A stretch of 64,000 nt of DNA from a bacterium (lineage in GTDB: Bacteria > RBG-13-61-14 > DATKZS01): contig CAXXFL010000007.1 of assembly GCA_963674965.2 (NCBI GenBank), forward strand, positions 608,001-672,000, read 5' to 3'. A program made the translations under genes and the position numbers. Below are positions 20,361 through 30,596 of the stretch, piece after piece; positions within the stretch are counted from its first letter, which is position 1; each line of letters opens with the position of its first letter. The notes beneath the pieces are model-generated. The model did no database searches. It saw only the letters and a list, made by a program, of their open reading frames with translations, and was not told the DNA's origin.

Positions 20361-20556
20361 GAAATTGTATTTCCATTTTGAACGTAGTCGTCAGACCAGT
20401 AGGGGCATATATCGGCGAAGACTTTATCTTGGACAATGATAATAATTACTCTTGTTTTCATCATATCATTCTCCTTCCCGCGCCTTCGGCGCCCAGATTG
20501 CGAAGCTATCCGGCCCATCCCCCACCCCAGTCAGGCGCTCGCCATGCGAGCGAATT

Positions 20557-21636
20557 TTATTTATCCGGTCCGCCGGTTTTGGTCCATTCCTGGGTCAAGT
20601 CCCTGAAGTTTTTCATGGAGAGGGGGAGGTATTTCACGCTGACCTCATCGGACACGGTCTGGGCGAACTTTTCGACCGCGCCGGATAAAAAGCTCATGGA
20701 GCTCGGGATGAAGGCCGCCACGTTGACCCGGCTCTTGAGCGTGTAATCCACCACCAGGTAAGGGTAGTCCTCCTGGATGTTCCAGTTCGCGTCCGTCTGC
20801 TTCACCGGGCACTCCTCGGCCATGTTGGCCACCACCTCGTTGTAGATCTTCAGGATATCCTCGTCCGAGACCTCGTAATTGCCCTTGGAGTCCTTGGTCT
20901 GGAAATAAGGATGCAGCCGGCAGGCGTCGATGAACTTCTCGTCCGACTTGTCCCGGCCCTCCTTGACGGGCTTGAGGCGGGCCAGGGCGTCCTGCATCTC
21001 CTTTTCAGTGGGCATGCGGCAGGTAAAGGTCCGCTTGGCGTCGTCCTTCCAGAACACCAGGGGAACGTTAACCGCCTGGGTGATGCCGAAAAAGGAGCCC
21101 TCCGTCTGCAGCACCGTGTACATCTTCTCGTCGCCCTCGTTATATAGTCCGATCGAGTAGTTGTAGGTGTGGAAGAGGTTCTCGATGCCGTTGGCGTCGG
21201 TCAGCCAATCCCAGTACTTGGCCTGGGGCGAGAGGAAAAGGACCTTGAGCTGCACCCCGTCGGTCTGGTATTCCTTGTAGATAACGTAACTGCCCTGGTT
21301 GACCTCGTCGATCATCTTGTCCAGCATGGCCTCGTCGGAAATACCGAAGAACGATTTCGAGTACTCCTTGAGCCTCGCCCGGTCGGCGTCGGTCACCTTG
21401 AAGTCGTATTTTCCCTTCTCCTTGTCGAAGATGACGGAAAGGTAGTCGCCCTTATCGTCCAGTTTCTTCTCCGACTTGTTCTTGATCTCGTCCCGGAACT
21501 TACGCCTCTGCTCGATGAACTCGGACGCGCTGACCGTGGCCGCTATAAAGGCGGCGAAGAAGAACGCTACGGCCAACCGCGTGAGCGCGCTTTTTATTTT
21601 TTGGTTATTACCCTTGTCCATATTTTTAAACTTCAT
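20557..21636 (-). CDS. Hypothetical exported protein
   Basis: 359-aa ORF with signal peptide and host-like codon usage. Confidence 0.75.
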   Translation of the reverse strand: MKFKNMDKGNNQKIKSALTRLAVAFFFAAFIAATVSASEFIEQRRKFRDEIKNKSEKKLDDKGDYLSVIFDKEKGKYDFKVTDADRARLKEYSKSFFGISDEAMLDKMIDEVNQGSYVIYKEYQTDGVQLKVLFLSPQAKYWDWLTDANGIENLFHTYNYSIGLYNEGDEKMYTVLQTEGSFFGITQAVNVPLVFWKDDAKRTFTCRMPTEKEMQDALARLKPVKEGRDKSDEKFIDACRLHPYFQTKDSKGNYEVSDEDILKIYNEVVANMAEECPVKQTDANWNIQEDYPYLVVDYTLKSRVNVAAFIPSSMSFLSGAVEKFAQTVSDEVSVKYLPLSMKNFRDLTQEWTKTGGPDK

Positions 21637-21756
21637 TTTACACCTCCACTTTTTTTCCCAAGCCTCCGGGACGGGCCTTCCCTCTCGGGGCCGGAGTTTT
21701 CAAAATACAACACTTTATCGCCAATTGAAACACAAGCGTATCGTAAATTTTTCCTT

Positions 21757-23667
21757 TTACCGGCCTCCGCGGCCGTCCGTCTCCTGGAGGGGAGGAAGGC
21801 TTACCTCCACCCTCGTTCCCTCCCCCGGTTTGCTCGAGACCTTCAGCTCTCCCCCGTGGGACTTGACTATGCCGTAGGCGATGGACATGCCCAGGCCCGT
21901 GCCCTTACCCACCTCCTTGGTGGTGAAGAAGGGCTCGAAGGCCCGGGCCATCTCCTCCTCGCTCATGCCCCGGCCCGTGTCCGAGATGGACACGACCACC
22001 CCGCCGTCCTGCACCCCAGTGGCCACGGCCAACTCGCCCGAGTCGCCCATCGCCTGGATCGCGTTGACGAACAGGTTCATGAAAACCTGGGCCAGCTCGC
22101 CCGAGTTGGCCATGACCCGAGGCGTTTCCGAGTACTCCCTTTTCAACTCGATGCCCTTTTTCAGCTCGTGACCCAAAAGCATGAGGGCCGTCTCGATGGG
22201 CTCGCGCACCTCGATGGGCTTTCCCGGTCCCTTGTCCTTCCTCGAGAAAGCCGACAGGCCCATGACGATGTCCTTGGTCCTTTTCGCGCCTTCCCGGGTG
22301 CTCGCGACCAGCTTGTCCATGTTGGAGAGGGCCCTGGCAAAGGACTCCTCATCCCCCTCCCGGTGGGCCTTTTGCAGGACCGCCAGGTATTTCTCGAAGT
22401 GGTCCGTGTTGGCGTAGATGTAGCCCACGGGGTTGTTGATCTCGTGGGCCACGCCCGCCACCAACTGTCCGAGTCCGGCCATCTTCTCGGACTGGATCAG
22501 CTTGGCCCGGGCCTCGTCCTTCTCGATGAGGGCTTCCTTCAACTCGCGGGTCCTCTCCTCGACCTTCCGCTCGAGCCCGCGGGAGAACTCCTGGATGGAC
22601 TCCTCCTTTTCCCTGAGCGCCCGAGCCATCGAGTTGAAGCCCTCCGTGACCAGCCCGAACTCGTCGTTGGCCCGGACCGGAATCTGGACGGAGAGGTTTC
22701 CGCTCCTGACCTTTTCCATGCCGCCTTTCACGCGGCCGAGGGGACCGGACACGCTCCTGGCCACGTACATGGCCAGGAGGCCGGCCAACCCCACGCCGGT
22801 GGCGACCAGGAAGAGGTTGAACAAAAGCAGGTTCCCCAGCACCTCCTCGGGCGGCTTGAAGGCCAGCTCCGCCGCCCGCTGATAACTTAGCACCCCGATG
22901 AGGATTAAAGGGACCGTTCCCACCAGTCCGAAGATGACGATCAGCCGGTACTTGACCGGCACTATCATCGAGTCGTCCACCGCGGTGATCTTGCCGGTGG
23001 GAAAAAAGCCCGGAAGCTCGCGCTCCCAAACCTGCTCGACGGCGAAAAAGATCGCGGCCGATATCATGCCGCCTAATAGCGCCGCCAGTCCCACGCCCTT
23101 GGCCGACTGGACGATGAAGGTCCAGTACATCTTCATGCTCGAGCCTTTATTAAGTATTTGTTCGGCCAGGATATCTCCCGACCCGGGGGAGGACATGTAG
23201 GAGGTGGCGTTTATCGTGGCCTGGGCGTGAAGCGCGTTCCACACGCCATAGGCGATGGCCACGCCCAATATGGCCCAGCCGAAAAGGGAGCCGCCCGCGC
23301 ATACCATGGGAAACCTGAGCGCCTTCCTCCTCAGGTGGATTATCCTGCCGCCGCCCACGCTTTCCTCGAGGGGAGACATGCCCGGCCTCTTGACCACCCG
23401 GAGGTATTCCATGATGGACCTCGAGTACAGGTGGGCGATCAGGACGCCGGCCGCCGCGGGAATAAAGGAGATGGCCAGGGTCTCCCAGCTCTTGACGAAA
23501 CGCATCCTGGAAAGGGAAGACACGTCTATGACGGTGAGGAAAAGATACATCAGAAGCCCGCCCGCCAGGTTGACGGCGAACACGAGCAAATGCACGCGCC
23601 AGGCGATGAGCCGCCCGGTAAGGGATACCTCGCGGCCGCCGGGGGAACGGGGGACGGGGGCCGCCAT
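21757..23667 (-). CDS. Multi-TM HAMP sensor histidine kinase
   Basis: GVAHEINNP H-box, N/G1/F/G2 boxes, HAMP (DEFG). Confidence 0.92.
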   Translation of the reverse strand: MAAPVPRSPGGREVSLTGRLIAWRVHLLVFAVNLAGGLLMYLFLTVIDVSSLSRMRFVKSWETLAISFIPAAAGVLIAHLYSRSIMEYLRVVKRPGMSPLEESVGGGRIIHLRRKALRFPMVCAGGSLFGWAILGVAIAYGVWNALHAQATINATSYMSSPGSGDILAEQILNKGSSMKMYWTFIVQSAKGVGLAALLGGMISAAIFFAVEQVWERELPGFFPTGKITAVDDSMIVPVKYRLIVIFGLVGTVPLILIGVLSYQRAAELAFKPPEEVLGNLLLFNLFLVATGVGLAGLLAMYVARSVSGPLGRVKGGMEKVRSGNLSVQIPVRANDEFGLVTEGFNSMARALREKEESIQEFSRGLERKVEERTRELKEALIEKDEARAKLIQSEKMAGLGQLVAGVAHEINNPVGYIYANTDHFEKYLAVLQKAHREGDEESFARALSNMDKLVASTREGAKRTKDIVMGLSAFSRKDKGPGKPIEVREPIETALMLLGHELKKGIELKREYSETPRVMANSGELAQVFMNLFVNAIQAMGDSGELAVATGVQDGGVVVSISDTGRGMSEEEMARAFEPFFTTKEVGKGTGLGMSIAYGIVKSHGGELKVSSKPGEGTRVEVSLPPLQETDGRGGR

Positions 23668-24446
23668 TATTTCACTCCTCGCGCCCTCTCGGCCTCCTTG
23701 ATCCTGGCCTCCTCGGCCTTGGCAAAGGAATTCTTCGAATCCAGGGCGAGGGCGCGGTCGATATATTTTCTTGCTTCCTTGACGTCCCCTTCATTCCTGT
23801 AGCTGGCGGCCATCCAGATGAGGGGCGTCGGGTCCTCGGGCATAAGCTGGGAGGCCCTTTTCAAATGGCCCCTTGCCCGGTCCGTGTCCCCTCCCAGGAA
23901 GCGGGGTATGAACATGTAGTAGACGCCCAGACCCAGCTCGGCGTCACCGCTGGTCGAGTCTATCTCGAGCGCCCGCCTGTACTCAGCGGCCACCGGCGAG
24001 TCGCGCAGCACGGCCTTGCTGAGCTCGGGGAGGGGAAAACGCGAAAGACGCACCTGGTAAACCCGCCCCAGCAGTACGTGCTCCTCCGCGCTTTGCGGCC
24101 CGCGGGTTATGGCGGACCTGGCGTAGGCCTCCGCCTGGTCCAGGGCCCGGGTGGCCTTGGCCTCGTCACGACCCGCCCAGTAGCTGTACTGGGCCAGGTA
24201 GAGCCGGGCCAGCTCGTAATCGCACTCGAGGCGAGGAGCGTTGATCGAGCAGTAGTTGACTAAAAGCTCCTCCGCCTGCTCGAGTTTCCTTACGTCGAGG
24301 TTTTTCTCGCCCTCGTCGATGAGGGCCACGGCCTTCTCGAAGTTGCTGGTCCCGGCCCGGGCGTGGACGGGCATCAAACCCGCCGCCGCGGCCAGAATTA
24401 GCATGTAGGCCAGAAGATTTCGAGCAATGTTTTTCGTTACACTCAT
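23667..24446 (-). CDS. Exported TPR protein
   Basis: Signal peptide and TPR-like helices; abuts the kinase start. Confidence 0.75.
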   Translation of the reverse strand: MSVTKNIARNLLAYMLILAAAAGLMPVHARAGTSNFEKAVALIDEGEKNLDVRKLEQAEELLVNYCSINAPRLECDYELARLYLAQYSYWAGRDEAKATRALDQAEAYARSAITRGPQSAEEHVLLGRVYQVRLSRFPLPELSKAVLRDSPVAAEYRRALEIDSTSGDAELGLGVYYMFIPRFLGGDTDRARGHLKRASQLMPEDPTPLIWMAASYRNEGDVKEARKYIDRALALDSKNSFAKAEEARIKEAERARGVK

Positions 24447-24677
24447 TTTTCGCCGATTCCCGGAAATTATATGAGCAAAGGCCGTTCCAACCGGACAAAA
24501 AGTTTCGTCTTTGCGTTAAAAGTGTTTAAGTGACTGATAAATAAAGTATATATAATTGCCTTTGCCATGATTCCGAGGCGGTTACGGCTTGGATCGAGAA
24601 AAAGGAGCAACTCTCCATGGCGCCAAGATATAATATTTTCTTGCGTTTTTCCAGGGCCTTCGGATAAGGCCGTCCGG

Positions 24678-25295
24678 TCAGTTGGCCTTATGCCCCATGC
24701 CCACCTCGAGGAAGTGCTTGAGTATCTTCGCCGTTGCCCCCCACACCGTGTACCCCTTGATCCTGTAAAAATAAACCGGATAATCGTCGCTTCCCTTTTT
24801 CCAGTTCTGTACGGTCAGGTTTTCCGGCTTCATGAACTCGCTGAGGGGAAGGATGAGTATCTCCGCTATCTCCTCCTCCTGGGGTGTGAACTCGATGGGG
24901 TAAGGAATGACGCCCACGTAGGGCCGGATGCGAAACCCGGTGATGGTGATTTTATCGTCGAGCCTGCCCAGCACCCTGACCTTGCCCGCGGGCACGCCTA
25001 TCTCCTCCTCCGTCTCGCGCAAGGCCGTGTACTCGAGGTCCGGGTCGTCCTCCTCGTAGTGGCCGCCGGGAAAGGATATCTCGCCCTTGTGGTGCTCGAC
25101 CTTGTCCGTGCGCCTGGTCAGAACCACGTGCCACTTGCCGTCCTTCTTGAGGATGGGAATGAGCACCCCCGCTATCTTCATGCCCTCAGGGTCGATCCGC
25201 CTCGGTTCCCAGGCCGCCAGGGCCGACTTGATCTCCGACTCCTCCGGCTCCCGAGAGTTTCCTCCCCCATCCGTCCTGTTTATAGATTCATCCAT
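24678..25295 (-). CDS. CoA pyrophosphatase (Nudix, NudL-like)
   Basis: LTRR..HKGEISFPGG, ALRETEEEIG, VWGATA. Confidence 0.9.
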   Translation of the reverse strand: MDESINRTDGGGNSREPEESEIKSALAAWEPRRIDPEGMKIAGVLIPILKKDGKWHVVLTRRTDKVEHHKGEISFPGGHYEEDDPDLEYTALRETEEEIGVPAGKVRVLGRLDDKITITGFRIRPYVGVIPYPIEFTPQEEEIAEILILPLSEFMKPENLTVQNWKKGSDDYPVYFYRIKGYTVWGATAKILKHFLEVGMGHKAN

Positions 25296-26151
25296 CTCAT
25301 CACCATGTTCTTCCGATGGCGGCGCATAGGGTTTACCAAAACCGCTTGCGTCCCGCCCCGCGGTACGGGTACCTCCAGGCGCCGCTAGGCCGCAGGGTAA
25401 CCCGTCCGGTTTCAAAGAAACCGCGCGGATCCCGCAAAGCGGGATGGGTACTCCGGCCTCGCCCTCCCAACCCGCTTCCTTGTCAAATGATACCACCTTA
25501 CGCTCGATTAACGCCAATCGTGGGGAAGAGACGGTGAGGGGCCGTGGAGGGGGATGAGAAATGATCATGATTATACGGACTATTGGAGTTGTTTTTTTAC
25601 ATTTGATTCAGAAGCTCATTAAACTTTTCTTTAGCATTATTGAACCGTTCATAAGAACCGCCAAAAAGGCCCGCTTTTAGTGGGGGCCATTCATCTTTTA
25701 ACTCATCGGCCTCTGTTGCGATTTGTACTCTAAACCATGATTCAGTCAATTGCTTTCCTCTTATGAAACTTCCTATTGGAAAATATTTTGGCTCTTGCGC
25801 TTGAATTCTTGAATCTGCATGAATAAGCGCGTAAAGATATTCAAATCTGTCAAAGATATTTTGGAATTCCAATTCAGACGCAAAGAGTTCTCTGAACTCA
25901 CCGAGAAGAAGATTGTAGAGGTGATCATTCAGTGGAGTTACTGCGTTGTTTGATTCTGGAATTAGCTTGCCTTTCATCACGCTCCATGTGTATATGAGCC
26001 TTGCGATTGGAATAATATGGCCATGCTTTTTTTCGCCTGCTTTAACAGTCAATGCGTGTAAAGTTTTATACTTATTCTTCGCTATTGCCCCCATGCCCCC
26101 TGAGTACAGTAGAAGCAATGCAGGGTATTTTGTAAGGTTTATTAAATCTTC

Positions 26152-27585
26152 CTGAACTTTAGAACTTTTTAGCCATGTTCCACCATGTAAAAATAGCGTT
26201 CACCAGTTTTTCCCGTATAATGAGAGGTGTGATCGGCCCTCATAACGCGGGAGTGAACGCTGATGAACGCTCAAGCTCTTATGTTGCCGCTGATGCTTGT
26301 ATTTGTCAACTGCTTCTCCAAGCCCGGGTTCGAGCACTTCCAGACCTTCATTATCGCCCACGCGGCGCTGTTCGGTCTCCAGCACTGCGTGACCGAGGTC
26401 ATGCGCCTCACCCAAGTCCACCGGGTCATGCACTGGACCACGCCCTACGCTTTCATGCGCAAGGGCCGGTGGTCCTGCCAAAAGGTGAGTCAATGCCTGC
26501 TCGACCTGGTGGCCCAACGACTCAAGATCATGGACGAGATCGTCGTCGCCGTCGACGACACCCTGGTCAAGAAATGGGGCAAGAAGTTCTTCGGTCTGGG
26601 CTATTACCCGGACCCGACGGACAAAAACCCCGGCCATCAAAAGCGCCGGGTGCTCGGCCACTGCTGGGTGGTGATGGCGCTTCTATGGGAGCGCGGGGGC
26701 AAGTGGTTCGCCTTCCCCCTCTCGGCGCTGCTCTTCGTCCAGGAAAAGTTTTGCCCCAAGGGATGGGAGTTCAAAACCAAGATCGAGTTGGCCGCCATGA
26801 TGATAAAAAGGTTCTCCTGGCCCGCTCGGAGACTGGTCCTGGTGGTGGACAACCTCTACGCCAAGGCCAAGTTGGCCGGTCTCGAGTTCGACGGCAAAGA
26901 GGTGGTCCTGATCAGCCGCCTCCGCTCGAACGCGGCGCTCTACGAACTCCCCAAAAGGAAGAATGGTCCGGGAAGGCCGCCCAAGCGCGGCAAGAAGTTC
27001 AGCCCCCAACAACTGTGGTTGAAAAGATCGAAGCGCGAAAAAATCAAGGCCAGGATTTACGGCAAGACCGTTACCATCGAGGCCTTCGTCGGGGTGATGG
27101 TCCCCAGCGCCACCCTCGGCGACAAGCCGATACTCGTCATCATTTTCCCCCGGCGCTCCGGCAAAAAAATGAACGTGTTTTTCACCACCGACGTCGAGAT
27201 GAAGCCGGAGCGGGCGCTGGAAACGTATTCGGGCCGCTGGAAGATCGAGGAGTTGTTCCGGGAGGTGAAGACGGCGGGCGGTTTCGGCGACTATCGCCAG
27301 AGGTCGTTCACGGCCATCAAGCGCCACGCCAACCTCTGCCTGGTCGCCTACGGCCTTTTGGGCCTGCTTGCCCTTTGCGTCCCGGAGGCGGAAAAGATCG
27401 AGGCCGAACCGTGGTGGGACCCGAGCGGCCCCCCAAGCGTCGGTCGGCTCCGACGCGCTTTCTACAAGGCTTTGCGAATTTCTCCCGCTTTCCATTCCGA
27501 CCCCAAACCAGAGGAAATTACGCCCCTCAAGGAGGCTGCTTAATGTCGATACGTGCAAACCAGACTAAAAAGTTCTAAAGTTCAG
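26152..27585 (+). mobile_element. IS element (IS701/IS4-like DDE), 1434 bp
   Basis: Perfect 21-bp IR CTGAACTTTAGAACTTTTTAG; 9-bp TSD TAAATCTTC at 26143-26151 and 27586-27594. Confidence 0.92.
26263..27543 (+). CDS. DDE transposase (IS701/IS4-like)
   Basis: AVDDT, VDNLY, YSGRWKIEELFREVK (YREK-like). Confidence 0.9.
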   Translation: MNAQALMLPLMLVFVNCFSKPGFEHFQTFIIAHAALFGLQHCVTEVMRLTQVHRVMHWTTPYAFMRKGRWSCQKVSQCLLDLVAQRLKIMDEIVVAVDDTLVKKWGKKFFGLGYYPDPTDKNPGHQKRRVLGHCWVVMALLWERGGKWFAFPLSALLFVQEKFCPKGWEFKTKIELAAMMIKRFSWPARRLVLVVDNLYAKAKLAGLEFDGKEVVLISRLRSNAALYELPKRKNGPGRPPKRGKKFSPQQLWLKRSKREKIKARIYGKTVTIEAFVGVMVPSATLGDKPILVIIFPRRSGKKMNVFFTTDVEMKPERALETYSGRWKIEELFREVKTAGGFGDYRQRSFTAIKRHANLCLVAYGLLGLLALCVPEAEKIEAEPWWDPSGPPSVGRLRRAFYKALRISPAFHSDPKPEEITPLKEAA

Positions 27586-27900
27586 TAAATCTTCATGTGC
27601 ATATATGTATTCGGGGGTATATGCTATTGCCTCCAAGGCTTTGACCCAAAGATCATCATGCTCGTCTTTGCCCCAATAACATCCATATAAAAACAATGAT
27701 CGAAGAGTTTCCGTGATGGCTTCATAGCGCTCTACTCTCTCTAAAAATTGAGAATCGGAGTAATCTTCATTAATTGGGAAATGTTCCACCGATATCTGTT
27801 GTCTGACTTTTTTTACCTCCCCTCTGTGCCAACGTAGATGAGACACTTCCCCTATGTTAAATTACTGTAGGGCGGGGGAGGTATTAGGATGTATAGAGAG

Positions 27901-28428
27901 ATGGATGAAGACAGGAAGAAGGCAGGGATTGTTGGGGAGACGGAGGGAGCCCGTAGGGCGACCGGAGTCTCCCCAACCGGGACGGCCGAGCCGGAGGACA
28001 CTCCTGCCAAGCGGCCCGAGCGGGTGGGGGCGCCGATCATTCTTCCCGAGCCGGAGGTCCCGGAAAAGCCCGCCCGGCGGCGCTTCACCGCGGCTTACAA
28101 GCTCGCAATCCTCGGGAAGGCCGACGCCTGCTCGGGGCATGGCGAGGTCGGCGCCCTGCTGCGCCGGGAGGGCCTTTATTCGTCGCACCTGACGGCCTGG
28201 CGCAAGCAGCGGGACGAGGGGGCCTTGAAAGCGCTTTCGCCCGTAAAGCGGGGCCGCAAGCCCAAGGCCAAAAACCCGCTGGCCGATGAAGTGGCCCGCC
28301 TCGAGCGCGAGAACGGGAAGCTCCAAAAGCGGCTCGAACAGGCCGAGATGATAATCGACTTCCAAAAAAAAGTTGCCGATCTGCTGGGGATACCCCTGGC
28401 CAAGCCGCCCGGCGAAGAGAGCGAATGA
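27901..28428 (+). CDS. IS3 transposase OrfA
   Basis: RRRFTAAYK HTH, LLRREGLYSS, leucine zipper. Confidence 0.85.
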   Translation: MDEDRKKAGIVGETEGARRATGVSPTGTAEPEDTPAKRPERVGAPIILPEPEVPEKPARRRFTAAYKLAILGKADACSGHGEVGALLRREGLYSSHLTAWRKQRDEGALKALSPVKRGRKPKAKNPLADEVARLERENGKLQKRLEQAEMIIDFQKKVADLLGIPLAKPPGEESE

Positions 28429-29441
28429 TGGAATCGGCAAGCACGGCCGCTCCCCGGGTCGGCGCCAAGGCCGCCTGCGAGGCCCTGGGCCTGTCGCGAG
28501 CAACGTTTAATCGTCGCGCTAAAATTCCCTTCGGGCCTCCGCCGCCGAGGCGCGCGGCCAAGCCGGCAAGGTCGTTGAGCGAGGACGAGCGGCGCCGGGT
28601 GCTGGACGAACTCCACTCCGAGCGCTTTGCCGACAAGGCCCCCCGCGAGGTCTGGGCAACGCTCCTGGACGAGGGGACATGGCTGTGCTCGGTCCGCACC
28701 ATGTACCGCGTCCTCGACTCGGAAAAGGAAGTCCGGGAGCGGCGCAACCAACTCCGGCGTCCCCGATACAAAAAACCCGAGTTGCTGGCCGAGGCCCCCA
28801 ACCAGGTCTGGTCCTGGGACGTCACCAAACTCAAGGGACCGGCCAAATGGACCTGCTACCAACTCTACGTGATCATGGACATCTTCAGCCGCTGCGTGGT
28901 GGGATGGATGATCGCCGGACGCGAAAGCGCGGAGCTGGCCCGCCGCCTGATCGGGGACAGCATCCGAAAACAGGGGATCGAGCCGGGACAACTCACCATC
29001 CACGCCGACCGGGGGAGTTCGATGAAATCAAAGCCGGTGGCCTTCTTGATGGCCGACCTGGGCGTGACCAAGAGCCACTCGCGGCCCCACGTGTCCGACG
29101 ACAACCCCTACTCGGAAAGCCAGTTCAAGACCATGAAGTACCGGCCCGAGTTCCCGAGCCGGTTCGGCTCCATCGAGGACGCCAGGGCCTTTTGCGTGAA
29201 GTTTTTCGATTGGTACAACCGCGAGCATCGGCACACCGGGATCGGCCTGATGACGCCCGAGATGGTCCATTACGGAATGGCGAGCGAGATCGTGGCCGCC
29301 AGGCAAAAAACGCTCGACCACGCCTATGAAAAAAAACCGGAGCGCTTCGTGAAAAGACCGCCGACGGCGCCGGAGTTGCCCGGCAAAGCGTGGATCAACC
29401 CACCGGCGAAACCGGAGGAAATAAACAGTTTGCCACACTAA
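28425..29441 (+). CDS. IS3 transposase OrfB (rve DDE)
   Basis: WSWDVT, HADRGS, DNPYSESQFKT; -1 frame relative to orfA. Confidence 0.92.
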   Translation: MMESASTAAPRVGAKAACEALGLSRATFNRRAKIPFGPPPPRRAAKPARSLSEDERRRVLDELHSERFADKAPREVWATLLDEGTWLCSVRTMYRVLDSEKEVRERRNQLRRPRYKKPELLAEAPNQVWSWDVTKLKGPAKWTCYQLYVIMDIFSRCVVGWMIAGRESAELARRLIGDSIRKQGIEPGQLTIHADRGSSMKSKPVAFLMADLGVTKSHSRPHVSDDNPYSESQFKTMKYRPEFPSRFGSIEDARAFCVKFFDWYNREHRHTGIGLMTPEMVHYGMASEIVAARQKTLDHAYEKKPERFVKRPPTAPELPGKAWINPPAKPEEINSLPH

Positions 29442-30596
29442 ATTCAGGAAAGGCGTGTCTCATTTTGCTTGACACATTCCGCTCTTCCATAACCAAATCA
29501 TGGAGGCTGATGGAATGCTTTTCATCGGCCAGATATTTTTTAAGGCTTGCGACGGCAACTTTTTTGGACAGCGGGTGGGGCTTATCGATTTGATCAAGCG
29601 CCGAGACCTTTTCATATAGCTCGTGGAAGAATTCATCCGCGCCTTTGATTTTTATCGACTCCGCTCTCCGAAGTTTGATTAAATCTTCGGATTTTGCGTT
29701 AGGATTGCCCCTGATTGTCCAGAAGGTAGTATATCGATGGCTTTTACATCTGCTCATTGCGTCCCTTAGCGCGTAATCCCACTCGGCCGACCACCCACAG
29801 ACAATGAGGCCAAATTCATCGAAGATTCTATCCAGCAGCTCGTCAAGCTCCCGGTCGTACTCCTTTAGCTCATCAGGAGTGTTTTTGATACGTGAATCCA
29901 GGTAATCTCCGTGAACCTTTACAATGGTGCAATCCGAATGCATCAAGGGAGTAGCGCCCTTGATGGCGTCTATTGTCGATATCACGTCGGGTCTGATTCC
30001 CTCTTCTTGTAAAGCATCCTCCATCAGGCGGTCAAAGTTGGTTGTAACGATAACCTTGACAAAACCACCCGCGACCAATTTTGCCATGGCCACATGCGCG
30101 GGAGTGGGCATTTTCAAGCCCTGTTCCTTCTCTTCATCATTTGGCTCGAAATATTGTCTCAACAATTTCTGCCTTTCAATTTGAGATTTTGCAACGTCTC
30201 CAAGTAACTTTGAATAATCTGGCCCCTCTCCGAAAGTTCTTGTATACCAGGCCTCAGCGTCCGGTTCGGAGTCTTCTCCCTTCAAACGCGCCAGCTTTCT
30301 GGTTAGATCGAGCGTAATTTCCCAACCCGTTGATATGCGGGCGGACCTTGACACGCCCGAGCCTAAAAGCAAAGCGTAGACGCCCTTGTTCGAGTGCATC
30401 GAGAAGGCCAGTGATAAAACAGGGTCTATCATTCTATCCTCCAAAATCCATTGATACCAATAGAGATATTCCCATGGGTGCTTTTCATTTTCAAGTCGGC
30501 AAAGTCCCATCCCGCCTCATCGCCGACCCGCTCGCGAAGCTCGCCCACATAGCGAGCTACGTGGGATACTTATTACGTAAATTCAATTTAACTCGA

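Larger units (their letters stand above)
27825..29476 (+). mobile_element. IS3-family element
   Basis: Imperfect IRs TGTGCCAACGTAGATGAGACAC / GTGTCTCATTTTGCTTGACACA; orfA/orfB; A8 slippery run at 28364-28371. Confidence 0.9.
25597..30432 (-). pseudogene. SIR2-family protein (about 575 aa reconstructed) split by two IS insertions
   Basis: LLGSGVS, TTNFD and KVHGD in the 5' piece. All three pieces share one frame and rejoin when the IS elements are removed. Confidence 0.85.

Noticed and set aside
25387-25480. tRNA-Sec (TTCAAA in a loop, GGAAG nearby)
   Set aside because: The elements are on opposite strands, and there is no GTTCGA T-arm or acceptor stem.
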